DNA of 63,617 bases, filler included, from Octopus bimaculoides (taxonomy: Eukaryota): assembly GCF_001194135.2 (NCBI RefSeq). It is 7 parts of 6 records of this genome, joined end to end, with 100 filler letters (N's around TTAATTAATTAA, not from the genome) between each part and the next. Parts side by side here need not be neighbours in the genome. Positions count along the whole stretch, not along the records: positions 19,461 to 25,542 come from NC_068995.1; positions 25,643 to 29,495 come from NW_026330383.1; positions 29,596 to 60,740 come from NC_068988.1; 4 more parts are not named here. One strand, written 5' to 3'. Both the position numbers and the translations under genes were made by a program. The notes below the pieces were generated by a model that made no database searches, was not told the origin of the DNA, and worked only from the letters and a program-made list of their open reading frames with translations. Each line of letters begins with the position of its first letter. The first letter of the stretch is position 1. Positions 23,956 through 36,375 of the stretch are shown here, piece after piece.

Positions 23956-25642
23956 CTGCAACTCAGTGAAAGTAATTGGGGGTGGAGAGGAAATGTTAGT
24001 CAGACAAACGGCCACCACGCCAGCAAAGAAAGAAAAAATAAACGCTGGAGGTGCCGTAGCATCTGTGCACCTCCATAAATACATAAATACATATACATAA
24101 ACGTATATACACACACACACTCACATACATGTAGAAATAGAGGAGAGTAGAAATTACATGGCTAAATTCATTATAACGTTGGATTATTTCAACATGTAAT
24201 GTGGTTTTGAGGGAGGGACATGCGGTAAACCAAAGGTGATTCATTCCCAATGAATATTTATCTGAAAAGGTCATAGTCGCAATCTTGTCTTGTGTACGAA
24301 GCTCATCTGTTTCCTTCCTGTCTCATTTTTATTTATAAATGATGTGGATATATTGCCTAACATTAAATTTTCGACAGAGGAAAATCAGGAGCTGCTCGGT
24401 AGGAAGCGACTGGGAAGAAAGATTATAAATGCGATAACATATAAATAAACTGAAAATGTATAGAAGAAAATTAGGTAGCCATATTGCATACGCTTTATAG
24501 ATGGAATTGTTATGTTAATATTCTGTGATTTCTCAGAATATCGCCGGAAAATTCTAAAGAAAAGTAATAAAACATTGTACGGTGAAAGCAAAATAATCAA
24601 GGAGACAAGGACCAACACCAGTACCAGCACTACAACCTCACCACAACCACAACCAAAAAACAAAACAAAAACAACTCAAGTGATAGAGGAAAAGGATAAA
24701 TGCAAACAAAAGGAAAATTAACAAGAACGTAAAAGATTATAGCAATAATTATAGCATTGAGTGGCGTACTAGTCGAAAGACGCAAAACAATATTAGTCGA
24801 TGCATAATTATTCTCTAGTTTGCCAATTTATTTTCTTTGTATTAAATATCATAACACCAGCTCAGTAATAAATAGTTGATCAAACAAAAATCTTAATGAG
24901 GAAAGATGCGGCATGTTTCCAAAACGCCAGTCGAAACTAATTCAACTGACTAATTCTCTTGGAAAAGGTATGAAACATTACACACTCTCATTCTGGCATT
25001 TACTGAAAACATGTGGTCTTGATATCAGCTTCTAAAACAAAAATTGAAAATTACCAAAGTTTAAAGATAAATTCTCTGAAATTGAAGTCTATGAGGTTGC
25101 AGCTTATGCTATTAATCCTTTTAAGAAAGATACGAATACCGAATCTTCTCTCTCTCTTCCTTTAATAAGTAGGGTGTTTATAACTAATTGCTCGCATCAC
25201 ATGTCTTTTTCATAGTGAAAACCTAGTCGTCAATTAACCAGTCCTGCTACTAATTTCTTCCACTACGTCATACACACACACACACACACACAAACACACT
25301 AACAGATAAACCACCAAACCATGCACACACACACACACACACACACACATACATACGCACACACACGTTCTGTTATCACACACACACTCGCAGACTTTCG
25401 CACGCGCACCGATATTCATCTCCCTTTTTCACTCTCCTATCTTAGAAAGAACTTTTCCCCCACCACCTCCTCTTCCGGTCTTTTCATCATGTAACCTCGT
25501 GGGCATCGGTACCATTTTCCTCTTTCTCCGTTCTTCCATTCTNNNNNNNNNNNNNNNNNNNNNNNNNNNNNNNNNNNNNNNNNNNNTTAATTAATTAANN
25601 NNNNNNNNNNNNNNNNNNNNNNNNNNNNNNNNNNNNNNNNNN

Positions 25643-25697
<55 letters not shown>

Positions 25698-25704
25698 GTG
25701 TATG

Positions 25705-25925
25705 TGTGTGTTTGTGTGTCTGTGTTTGTCCCCCAACATCGTTTGAAAATCGATGCTGGTGTGTTTACGTCCCCGTAACTGAAAGGTTCGGCGAAAAAGA
25801 CCGATAGAATACGTACTAGGCTTACAAAGAATAAGTCCTGGGGGGCGATTTGATTTGACTAAAGGTGGTGCTCCAGCGTGGCCGCAGTCAAAATGATTGA
25901 AACAAGTAAAAGAGAGTAAAAGAGA
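25705..25925 (+). mobile_element. SINE family A, 3' half (5' part lost in gap)
   Basis: Aligns with ~50360-50578. Confidence 0.9.
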
Positions 25926-26592
25926 TACATACATATGCACACACGCACGCACAAACACACACACACACACACATACAGTCATACATGAGGGCGTTGGCAC
26001 AAAGCAATCCGGAGCTTATGACGTCATAATTCGTTAACCGTGTCCTCACTCGTATTCCTGCAACATCTATAATTCTTTATTAACCGTTAGAACAGCCAAC
26101 ATTATTTCAAAGATGATTTCTGCCAGTTCAAATATAGTTTTGGTCTGAGGCGTGACGCCAACAGCTAAAGGGCAATAATTCATAGAATAAATTTGCTTGC
26201 AGTTATCTCCCCCTACACCATACTCTATTCTATATTTTCAAACATTCTCTTGTCGCTACACAATAATTACAAGGCATCGATGATAGGACCTCAGCGTGGT
26301 CACTCAATATGCTAAAAATAACAGTTAAAGTTCATTCATTTCAAAGAAATGACTTTGGGTCCTGAAAAAGATACAAAGTTTTACATTTTTTTTTTTATTA
26401 CTTAAAGATTTAGGATTGTATTGGCTAACGTAATCCTAGATAGACGATGCCAGAAAGGGAATAAAGAAAAATAGTTTGAAGTGGAATGCCTATATTTATA
26501 TTAAAAAGAAAATTTCTTTTCATTATTCTCCGAAACATTAACATTAATTTTTTATGGTTTATCTGGAAGGAATTTGGTCGAAGAAATCGACA

Positions 26593-27105
26593 TTGGGCTA
26601 GTGTCTTCTACTATAGCCTCGGGCCGACCAAAGCCTTGTGAGTGGATTTAGTAGACGGAAACTGAAAGAAGCCCGTCGTATATATGTATATATATATAGA
26701 TTCAAGGCTTGAATATGGTACTTATGCGAAGGCACCCGAATATCGCATCCCAAAAGGATGGGTGATTAAAATCAACCAATAAACAACACGGATTTCAAAA
26801 GTGATTGCAGCAATCACTTTTGAAATCCGTGTTGCTTATTGTTTGATGTATATATATATATATATATGTATATGTATGTGTGTGTATATGTTTGTGTGTC
26901 TGTGTTTGTCTCCCCAACATCACTTGGCAACCGATGCTGGTGTGTTTACGTCCCCGTATCTTAGCGGTTCGGCAAAAAGAGACCAATAGAATAAGTACTA
27001 GGCTTACAAAGAATAAGTCCTGGGGTCGATTTGATTCGACTAAAAGGCGGTGCTCCAGCATGGCCGCAGTCAAATGACTGAAACAAGTAAAAGAGTAAAA
27101 GAGAG
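26593..27105 (+). mobile_element. SINE family A interrupted by a 148-bp insertion in its internal (TA)n
   Basis: Left part 26593-26698 and right part 26847-27105 are collinear with 50247-50578. Confidence 0.9.
26772..26846. repeat. 75-bp near-perfect palindrome
   Basis: Perfect 25-bp arms (26784-26808 and 26810-26834) with a 1-nt spacer, extending to 37-bp arms with 2 mismatches. Confidence 0.95.
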
Positions 27106-27134
27106 TATACATATTCCATGTAACTGTCTTCCTT

Positions 27135-27168
<34 letters not shown>

Positions 27169-27819
27169 TCTCCCTCTCTTTCCCATAATTTCACCTTTAT
27201 TTCTCCCCCCCCCCCCACTGTCTACCACTCTTACACACACACGCAGTTATATGAGCAACAACCGAAGTTTGAGTCGAAACCATCCGGAAACAACCGACCC
27301 TTTTTCCGCCTTTTTTCCCATCTCAGCAGACGACATTTGATCTGTTATAAAGTCTTGTATATTTGTGTCATTCTTCTCTCGATCTTCCCTGTAATCTACA
27401 GTTTAAAGGTAAAAACTATATTTATATTAATTTCAATGAAAGATATCTTACTAAATCACTTAACTCCTAAAGAGAGAGAGAGATCGATAAAATAATGATA
27501 TCGATTAAAATATGTTGTATGAATTTCTCCTAGATTTGTCCAACTATTTTGTCTTTTATTTTCCTTTCGTGTTATTTCATGAGAGAAATCTATATGACAT
27601 TGTTTTGTAGAGACACACTATATATACACACCTGCATCTATGTGTATATATATGAGCGTACGTGTATAAGGATACCGTTGTATAAAATCTATAAATCTAT
27701 AAATGCATGTGTTTGTGTTTGTGTGTAATCCCTACATGTAATTGTGTGCATATGTATAATGTATATATGTGTGTATGTATATATAAATATATATGTATGT
27801 ATATATAAATATATTTGTA

Positions 27820-27947
27820 TCATCATCATCATCATCATCATCATCATCGTTTAACGTCTGCTTTCCATGCTAGCATGGGTTGGACGATTTGACTGAGGAC
27901 TGGTGAAACCGGATGGCTACACCAGGCACCAATCTGATCTGGCAGAG

Positions 27948-27953
<6 letters not shown>
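27820..27953 (-). mobile_element. RTE 3' terminus with (CAT)n tail
   Basis: Reverse complement matches ~8230-8348. Confidence 0.85.
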
Positions 27954-27978
<25 letters not shown>

Positions 27979-29453
27979 NNNNNNNNNNNNNNNNNNNNNN
28001 NNNNNNNNNNNNNNNNNNNNNNNNNNNNNNNNNNNNNNNNNNNNNNNNNNNNNNNNNNNNNNNNNNNNNNNNNNNNNNNNNNNNNNNNNNNNNNNNNNNN
28101 NNNNNNNNNNNNNNNNNNNNNNNNNNNNNNNNNNNNNNNNNNNNNNNNNNNNNNNNNNNNNNNNNNNNNNNNNNNNNNNNNNNNNNNNNNNNNNNNNNNN
28201 NNNNNNNNNNNNNNNNNNNNNNNNNNNNNNNNNNNNNNNNNNNNNNNNNNNNNNNNNNNNNNNNNNNNNNNNNNNNNNNNNNNNNNNNNNNNNNNNNNNN
28301 NNNNNNNNNNNNNNNNNNNNNNNNNNNNNNNNNNNNNNNNNNNNNNNNNNNNNNNNNNNNNNNNNNNNNNNNNNNNNNNNNNNNNNNNNNNNNNNNNNNN
28401 NNNNNNNNNNNNNNNNNNNNNNNNNNNNNNNNNNNNNNNNNNNNNNNNNNNNNNNNNNNNNNNNNNNNNNNNNNNNNNNNNNNNNNNNNNNNNNNNNNNN
28501 NNNNNNNNNNNNNNNNNNNNNNNNNNNNNNNNNNNNNNNNNNNNNNNNNNNNNNNNNNNNNNNNNNNNNNNNNNNNNNNNNNNNNNNNNNNNNNNNNNNN
28601 NNNNNNNNTATATATATATGTATGTATGTATGTATGCTTCTAAAAGCAAACTTCGTTTGTTTATTTACGTTTGCCGTAATTTTAATTTAACAATGTTTCC
28701 CTCTCTTTTCTATATTCCTTTCTCTCTTCTCTCCCTCTTCTTCGTGTTTCATAACTCTCTCTCTTAACCCTCTCTTTCCCTCACACTTTCTCTTCCTCTC
28801 TGTCAATGTGTCTCTCTCTCTTTGCCATCTATATCGCCCGCTCTGATTCATTACGCTTTCTCCTCTCCCTCATCCTCTCTCTCTCTCTCTCTCCCCCTCT
28901 CTCCTTCATGTGTATCCCTATCCCACTAATTCCCATTACGGGCTTTAAAACTCATTTCTCTCTATATCTGTTTGTATTCCATATCACTCTCTCTCTCTCT
29001 CTGTCTCATCCTCTCTATCTCTCCTCCCCCTCTCTCACTCCCTTACATGGAACACAGCCAACTCTCTCCTTCCTTTTCCCTTCTCAGCAGACGACACTTT
29101 CCTACAAAGAACAGACGACCATTTAATCTCTTCTTATATTCTTGTGTATTTCTGTCTAATGTCCACTTTAAAGGTAAAACTATATTATTTTTTCACTGGA
29201 AAATATTCAACAAAACCACATTAACTTATTTCTTGTGTTTGTTTGACATTTTGAATTAGTTTGAGAAAGTTTTCCTTCTCTTGTTTCTTTTAACGATGTC
29301 ATTGGAAGAGACATGTGTATGAGTGACTGTAATTCCGTTTGTTTATATGTAGACACACAGACACGTACGTGTGCCTCTATGTATGTCTGTACATGTGTGT
29401 GTGTGTGTGTGTGTATAAGACAACTGTATATGTTTATATAGATTATTTTGCCT

Positions 29454-29495
29454 AACCGCTAAGTTACGGGGACGTAAACACACCAGCATCGGTTG
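29454..29495 (-). mobile_element. SINE family A fragment ending at a gap
   Basis: aaccgctaagttacggggacgtaaacacaccagcatcggttg is a near-exact reverse complement of part of 50405-50447. Confidence 0.85.
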
Positions 29496-29595
29496 NNNNN
29501 NNNNNNNNNNNNNNNNNNNNNNNNNNNNNNNNNNNNNNNTTAATTAATTAANNNNNNNNNNNNNNNNNNNNNNNNNNNNNNNNNNNNNNNNNNNN

Positions 29596-29664
<69 letters not shown>

Positions 29665-30739
29665 ACGTCAAAAACTCATCCCTCGCCTCCTCCAACTGCC
29701 TGTGACCTAAATCTTTCCCTTCAGTCTTCGCTGTAATGATGTCCTAAACTAAAACTGTCAACTGTCGTATCATTTTTCAGTAATTCCTTCACCAAATATC
29801 ACCATTACTTCGCCATTGCAACCGTAGACTTATCTTACCCCCCCTCCCCATATCATCTGTCGTTATCGTCACCATCATCCCTATCGTTATCTTATATCTG
29901 TAAGGTGATGGAGCTGCTATCAAACACCACAGACAGCATGCAACAATGGACTCCATGCTTTTCCTTCGTTTTTAATTTTTTTCCCTTGTTTATTCTTTGA
30001 TTTGGGTCACAGATTTCAAGGTTTCAATATTGTCCCCTTACCCTCGATATGTCCCCAAATGTTCCTTTCTGGGTAAAAGTACAACACATCCCTAATGTCG
30101 CACAATTAAATACGGTACAACACACGTATGAAGGAAGTTCTTTTAGCAATGGTTGCGGTGAAGCACAAATGAAGGGTAGCATTCTTAATATCAGTCGTTA
30201 GCAAACTGCGACCCACAAGACTCTCTCAATGACACGACTAACGAAAATTCACCTTGAATTTGTTTAGTACTGACGACGAAATATGTCTCATGCGGCCCGC
30301 TTGATGATGAGCCGTGTCTCATGCGGCCCGCTTCTCGAAATGAGGTTTCCCATGCCAAGTTACTTTCTTCAGCATTTTCTGCTTTGCTCAATGATGGAGG
30401 AACGAGCACCAAAGCAATCGTGTCTGTAGAAACTAATGAGTTTTTTTCTAGTTCAGTCGCTGCCTTCAACTTATCCATCCGAACTTTGGTGTCGTCCTTT
30501 ACAAAGTCTGCCGATGTTAATGAAATTTGAATGCAAACATAATTTCTTACATTGGTGCCAGGCCAAAAATTTGAGGTTGGGTGGAGGCGTTTTTTCGAAT
30601 CGAACCGCAGTGATTCACACTCGTAATTCTATTTTCTCGATCCCGACCGATGAAACGCAAAGTCAACATCAGAGGAATATGAAGTTAGCAGCATTAAGAT
30701 CCCGAACTAAACACCACAAATCATTTTTGTTTAGTAATC

Positions 30740-30803
30740 TTTTTATCTTTTACTTGTTTCAGTCATTGGACTGTAGCCATGCTGGGGCACTGCTTTGAAG
30801 GGC
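30740..30803 (-). mobile_element. SINE family A 3' tail fragment
   Basis: cttttacttgtttcagtcattggactgtagccatgctggggcactgc. Confidence 0.75.
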
Positions 30804-32081
30804 TTTTAACCAAACATTCCCTACCCCCTCCTTTGTACTTTCTAACTTAGGTGAAACGCCTCGGTTTTCGGAAGAACATTTAGTGGCTTAAATCAGTTGA
30901 GATGATTGAATAGTTCTCCATTTTATCTTCCTCAAAACAGACCCGGCAGAATAATAATTTCATACTTGCAGAGAATTGTTACGCTGTTTACTTAATTTCA
31001 AATCCCGATGTTTCGATTTTACATTTCATCCTTCCTTGGTACATAAATACACGTCATTCTTCGAGAGGACGTGAAATAATTCGTTTTTAATGGTGGAGCT
31101 CGAAGTAGTTCGAGCTATAAATAATAGTAGTTAAAGCTATAAATAATAGCGTATTGATATTGGGCAAAAACATCCATGGATAGAAAAACAACTTCCCACT
31201 TTTCTACCCAAAGGTTTTGTTTTAAACTTAATATTTACAGGATATTATTTATAGCTTTGTCTCCTTCGAGATCCATCGTTAAAAACGGTTTAAGTACGTG
31301 TGGTGCTTTCTGTCACTTGTATGATTCGGGAGAGCGCCAGTTCAGACTATTGGGCAATGTTGATCGATTTTCTGAGCTGGACCCGGCTCACCGTGTTCTC
31401 TTTACTGAGGTTTGACGGGTTGTGTTTATTGACCACAAGCAATATGGCCAGGGCAAACATCTCACGGAGATGGGGACTACTGAGACTCTGCTCGGTCCTT
31501 CGATTGGGAGGATCCGGGAATATACCGACAATGGCGAATGCAACAACGCCTTGCAGCTGCACAAGCGCGTCTTATCTGACCTGACCAATGAGTTGGAGTC
31601 CACTCAGTCAGTTGCGCTCTGCCTCTAACACGTCCGAGGCCTTGTACTCAGACAGGCGATTTTATACTAATACTGTTACTTTGCCAAAGACGAGGTTGTG
31701 CGGATTCACTCATTCTGAACAAAAACGTCTGTTTATTTCATATCTAATGCTTTCCTTGAACTGCAGTGAGTGTCTTCTACTGTAAAACATAAAAAGATAA
31801 ATGTTTACAGGAACTACGAAGAGGAAATTGCAAGGAAAAGGAAGGAATCAACTGACTGAACAGATTTCTATTAAAAGAGAGAGAGAGAGAAAATAAAATA
31901 AAATAAAATGAAATGAAATGAAAGCTTTATCACTGAGACCAGACTGACATCTTTCTCTCAATGATAGCACTGAATGAATGAAACAACTGTCGAGATAGTC
32001 ACACACACACACAAACAAATATACATGTATATATACATGCACACATACATATATATATATACACATATATATATATACACA

Positions 32082-32137
<56 letters not shown>

Positions 32138-32350
32138 GTGTGTGTGTATGTATGTGTATTTCTTCTGTCATTCTGCATATGCTGCTTATATAAACCTAGG
32201 CTCCGCTTCTCCAACTGCAAAATTTTCCAAAAAGGAACATATAGAAAAAACTAACACTGGACCTCGTCCAGAAGAACTTAACGGTGGGTAAGGTATTAGC
32301 TGTAGCGGTAGCTGTGACCACCTAAGTAATATTTGCAGCAGCAGCAGCAT

Positions 32351-32406
<56 letters not shown>

Positions 32407-33512
32407 TTAACTGTGGTAACATCTGTAATGAACACAAACGATCTTTAGAATTATTCCAGCAACTTTCAAGCTTCATGGAATATAACGTCTCTGTTCTTTT
32501 GTCTCTTTTCTCTCTGCACTGCTCTCTCCATTGTAAGATATGTTAGTCTAAACAACTCAATCAGAGAATTAGCTGAACCCAACATACAAAGAAGAAATTG
32601 GGAATAAATATTTACTCAGCCGAATCTGTTTTTGAATAGGTGTTCTCTTCATTTTGACTTGGAGACATGTGTAGCACATACATACATACATACATACATA
32701 CATACATACATGCATATATATATATATATATATAAACACCCTGAAACTAGTCTAGTCTGCAGATGCCAAACCAGCAAGGGGAAGCTGCTGACCTCCCCTG
32801 TTCGAAGGTTATAAAGGACACAGGTTTCGTGTGTCACATAGCTAGCTAGAGGCGATGGCTTCTTGGAGCTAATTCACGGCAGCTTTCGTCCTAATTTTGG
32901 GACTGCCNNNNNNNNNNNNNNNNNNNNNNNNNNNNNNNNNNNNNNNNNNNNNNNNNNNNNNNNNNNNNNNNNNNNNNNNNNNNNNNNNNNNNNNNNNNNN
33001 NNNNNNNNNNNNNNNNNNNNNNNNNNNNNNNNNNNNNNNNNNNNNNNNNNNNNNNNNNNNNNNNNNNNNNNNNNNNNNNNNNNNNNNNNNNNNNNNNNNN
33101 NNNNNNNNNNNNNNNNNNNNNNNNNNNNNNNNNNNNNNNNNNNNNNNNNNNNNNNNNNNNNNNNNNNNNNNNNNNNNNNNNNNNNNNNNNNNNNNNNNNN
33201 NNNNNNNNNNNNNNNNNNNNNNNNNNNNNNNNNNNNNNNNNNNNNNNNNNNNNNNNNNNNNNNNNNNNNNNNNNNNNNNNNNNNNNNNNNNNNNNNNNNN
33301 NNNNNNNNNNNNNNNNNNNNNNNNNNNNNNNNNNNNNNGTTTCAACTCTAAGTATGGAAAACAATTAAATTTTGGAAAAATTAAATGAAAAGTTTAAAAA
33401 AAATATATTTGTATAGTATTCAAATAGATGGGGCATTTTCCTTGTTTCTGCCTGTCTCTGTCTCTCTTGTTTATTCTTGTGGGTTCGAGATCATTGTGAA
33501 TTCTTGGCAGAG

Positions 33513-33559
<47 letters not shown>

Positions 33560-33659
33560 CACGCGCCCAGTGCACCTAATCGTGTGTGTGTAGATACGAT
33601 ATGCGACAATCAAATTTCACTCACAATTTATTGATTAACACAAAGCTATGGTGCAACAT

Positions 33660-33740
33660 ACTTGCGCGAGGTGCCACGCAGGGAAATGGAACCTAGAACC
33701 GCATAGTTTGGAAACAACCTTCTCAACCAGGCAGACATCC
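33660..33740 (-). mobile_element. SINE family A head fragment, decayed
   Basis: cttgcgcgaggtgccacgcagggaaatggaacctagaaccgcatag resembles the reverse complement of 50181-50255. Confidence 0.55.
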
Positions 33741-34416
33741 ATGTTTGCGTTTAATTCAACGCAGTTCAAATCTCCTTTTACTGCATTTATAATAAATATA
33801 ACATCCTGACATTTTATAAAATACGTATTTTACACTGTCATATAACATTTATTGCAAGGCAGTAATATCTGGATGTGAGCCATCTTTTCAACTCCTCCAC
33901 CCACCTCATAGTCAACTGAAAATATCAACGCTTATTATGTGTCTATAGAGGCAAGCAAAGCATTTGGGGATGTGTGACAAGGTAGCAGAGCTAGGAGTAA
34001 TAGCGTTCTACTTATATCAAGGTCACAAGCTGCACTTTAACCTTTTTTCAAACTTTTCTTTTTCCCTTTTTTACTCTGTACTGTTTTTTTTGTTTTTGTT
34101 TTTGCAACTTTTATTTTTCGATGGATTGTGTATGTGTGTGTGTGTGTGTGTGGGGGAGTCTACGTAAGGTATGAGAGAAAAATTTCAATCTGAGAATTAT
34201 CATCAATATTATTGGTATTTCTCGAGTTAATCTAATTGGATATGATTAAATTAACTTTCGAGGAAAAGGAAGATTACCGTATCCTTATTTTGCAAAGACA
34301 CAAAGAGAAAAGACCATTTGTTGCTAATGGAATTCACAATGGCGAACCACATAGGCTTACGTCACGTGTAATTATGGAATCTAATCTAGGTGGAAGTCAG
34401 TTATTATCATTATTAT

Positions 34417-34632
34417 GGAGAAATTAGCTGAATCGTTTAAACATCGGATGAAATATCAGTCTTTACTTACAGTCCTTTACGTTCTGAGTTCAAATCTCGC
34501 CGAAATCTTCATTACTTTTCATCCCTCCAAAGTTGATAAAATAAAGTACCAGACAGGTCGTGAGATTGAATTAATCCACTGTAATCCACCCTCAAAATTG
34601 TTCAGCTGATGCCTATAAAAAAAAAATCATTA
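34417..34632 (+). mobile_element. Old SINE B-related copy
   Basis: ctttacgttctgagttcaaatctcgccga...gataaaataaagtaccag shared with family B heads. Confidence 0.7.
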
Positions 34633-35419
34633 TCTAAAGCGATAGATTGGCAGAAATTTAGAGATTTGAGCAATCCTTCGGTTTGGGTAGACGACACCAT
34701 TCACCCACTCAACCTTCCTTCGTTACAAATAAAGAAGTGACGCTGAAAAAGAGGGTGAATGAGGTACTCTCCTCATACTAACACTTCTTAGACCAATATC
34801 GAAGGATCGCCATGTATTTAGTCCTTTTATAAGCTGTTTTTTTTTTTTTTACGCCGATATACGTATGAGAGTCGCAATTGAATCAGAAGCAAATAATCTG
34901 TTTTTCGTTAATCTTGACAGCAAGTTGAAATCGATATATCAAATAACGCATGTTTTTTTCCTCAAATACATAATCTTTGAGATTACCTGAGCTGAAAAAA
35001 AGAAAACCAGATTAAATGGTAAACTTGCTTAAATGTTTAAAAGTTTGCAGGAATAGATCTTCTTTCGTATTCTAACATTTTTTTTCATTGACAGGGCAGA
35101 AAAAATGTTATCCAGGAATGCATCCATAAATAAATAAAAAGAATTTTTTATCCCTGTATCAAATATTTACATTCAGCTAATAGTTGTCTGTAGCCTGTAT
35201 TTCAATTTGTACCGCATCCACTATCATAACATTATCGCTTTCTATATCTCGATATATCAGCCTCTGCATACACACACATGGCCACGTAAACCTCCTCTCT
35301 CAAACTCTGTTTCTTTCTCTTTCTCTCTCACTTTCTAGGGTGGTCTGTAGGACCTCGTCTTTGCTTGTGTGCTATCAAATAATCGTTCGCCGATCTACGT
35401 TAGTTTTGAGCCGCTTATC

Positions 35420-35464
<45 letters not shown>

Positions 35465-35877
35465 CACACACGCACGCACACACACATGCACGCACACACA
35501 ATCAGAGATTTCCAAATACCTACATAAACATTTATTTGTCTGTCTACATCCTCATCAGCCAAAGCTTAAAGACATCACTTAAGTTGTGACTCAATGAAAA
35601 AGCTTTTAGGATCCATTTTGTTAAAAGAAGCCTAAGTCAGATTAGATTAAGTGAAGCTAGACTATTTCCAGGACTTTGTGTGTATGTGTTTGCGTGCGCG
35701 TGTTCGGAAATCAGGCAAGTTTGAACAAATCTTTTTAAAAGAAAATATTTCCAACCTTGAAATGTTTACTTCCAATGGAGATAGGCACACACTCAGCCAT
35801 ACGACAGTACTCGTTAAAGAGATATAAACCATACGCTCGACTGTGTAGAGGGTACAACCTATATTCTTTGAATATTT

Positions 35878-36112
35878 ATTTCTTTATTGCCCACATGGGG
35901 CTAAACTTAGGGGGAACAAACAAGGACAGATAAAAAAAGTTTAAATCGATTACATCGACCTCTGTGCGTAACTGGTACTTATTTAATCGACCCCGAAAGG
36001 ATGAAAGGCAAAGTCGACCACGGCGGAATTTGAACTCAGAACGTAACGGCAGACGAAATACCGCTAAGCATTATAGTCAGGTGTGCTACCGATTCTGCCA
36101 GCTCGCCGCCTT
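35878..36112 (-). mobile_element. SINE family B, full length, CpG-retaining
   Basis: Aligns with 3409-3640; A box ctggcagaatcgg and B box gagttcaaattcc on the minus strand. Confidence 0.9.
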
Positions 36113-36274
36113 ATATCTCCTATGAATATTGCCAAACAAGGATTTGATGTTTGTGCCTAAGAGTATGACGTTCGTCTTCCCTGTTTCCAAAAATGACCAG
36201 GTTAGTAGCTTGACTTCTTGTGGGTCCTGGGGTGGTTTATTAGGATAATAATATTAGCTCATTGGACTGGAGTA

Positions 36275-36375
36275 GTGTAAAATAAAGTGCCTTGCTCAAG
36301 GCCAAAACCCGCCGCCGGCTATCGAACCTACAACCGTGAGCCGAATACTCTAACCTCCATGCTACGCACTCACTC
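36275..36375 (-). mobile_element. SINE C-like head fragment
   Basis: aaataaagtgccttgctcaagg...atcgaacctacaacc...ctctaacc resembles 4945-5040. Confidence 0.55.

Noticed and set aside
24893-24945. Hammerhead-like aatgagga...gccagtcgaaactaatt
   Set aside because: Core CUGA, helix I and cleavage triplet are all defective; too many changes needed.
30270-30290. ctgacga-c-gaaa-tatg-tc hammerhead-like string
   Set aside because: Helix II is absent and helix I does not pair.
32743-32752. GAAACTAGTC, the 3' half of a PLE-type hammerhead next to (TA)n
   Set aside because: The 5' core and helix II are missing; 10 nt alone is insufficient, though a truncated pLTR is possible.
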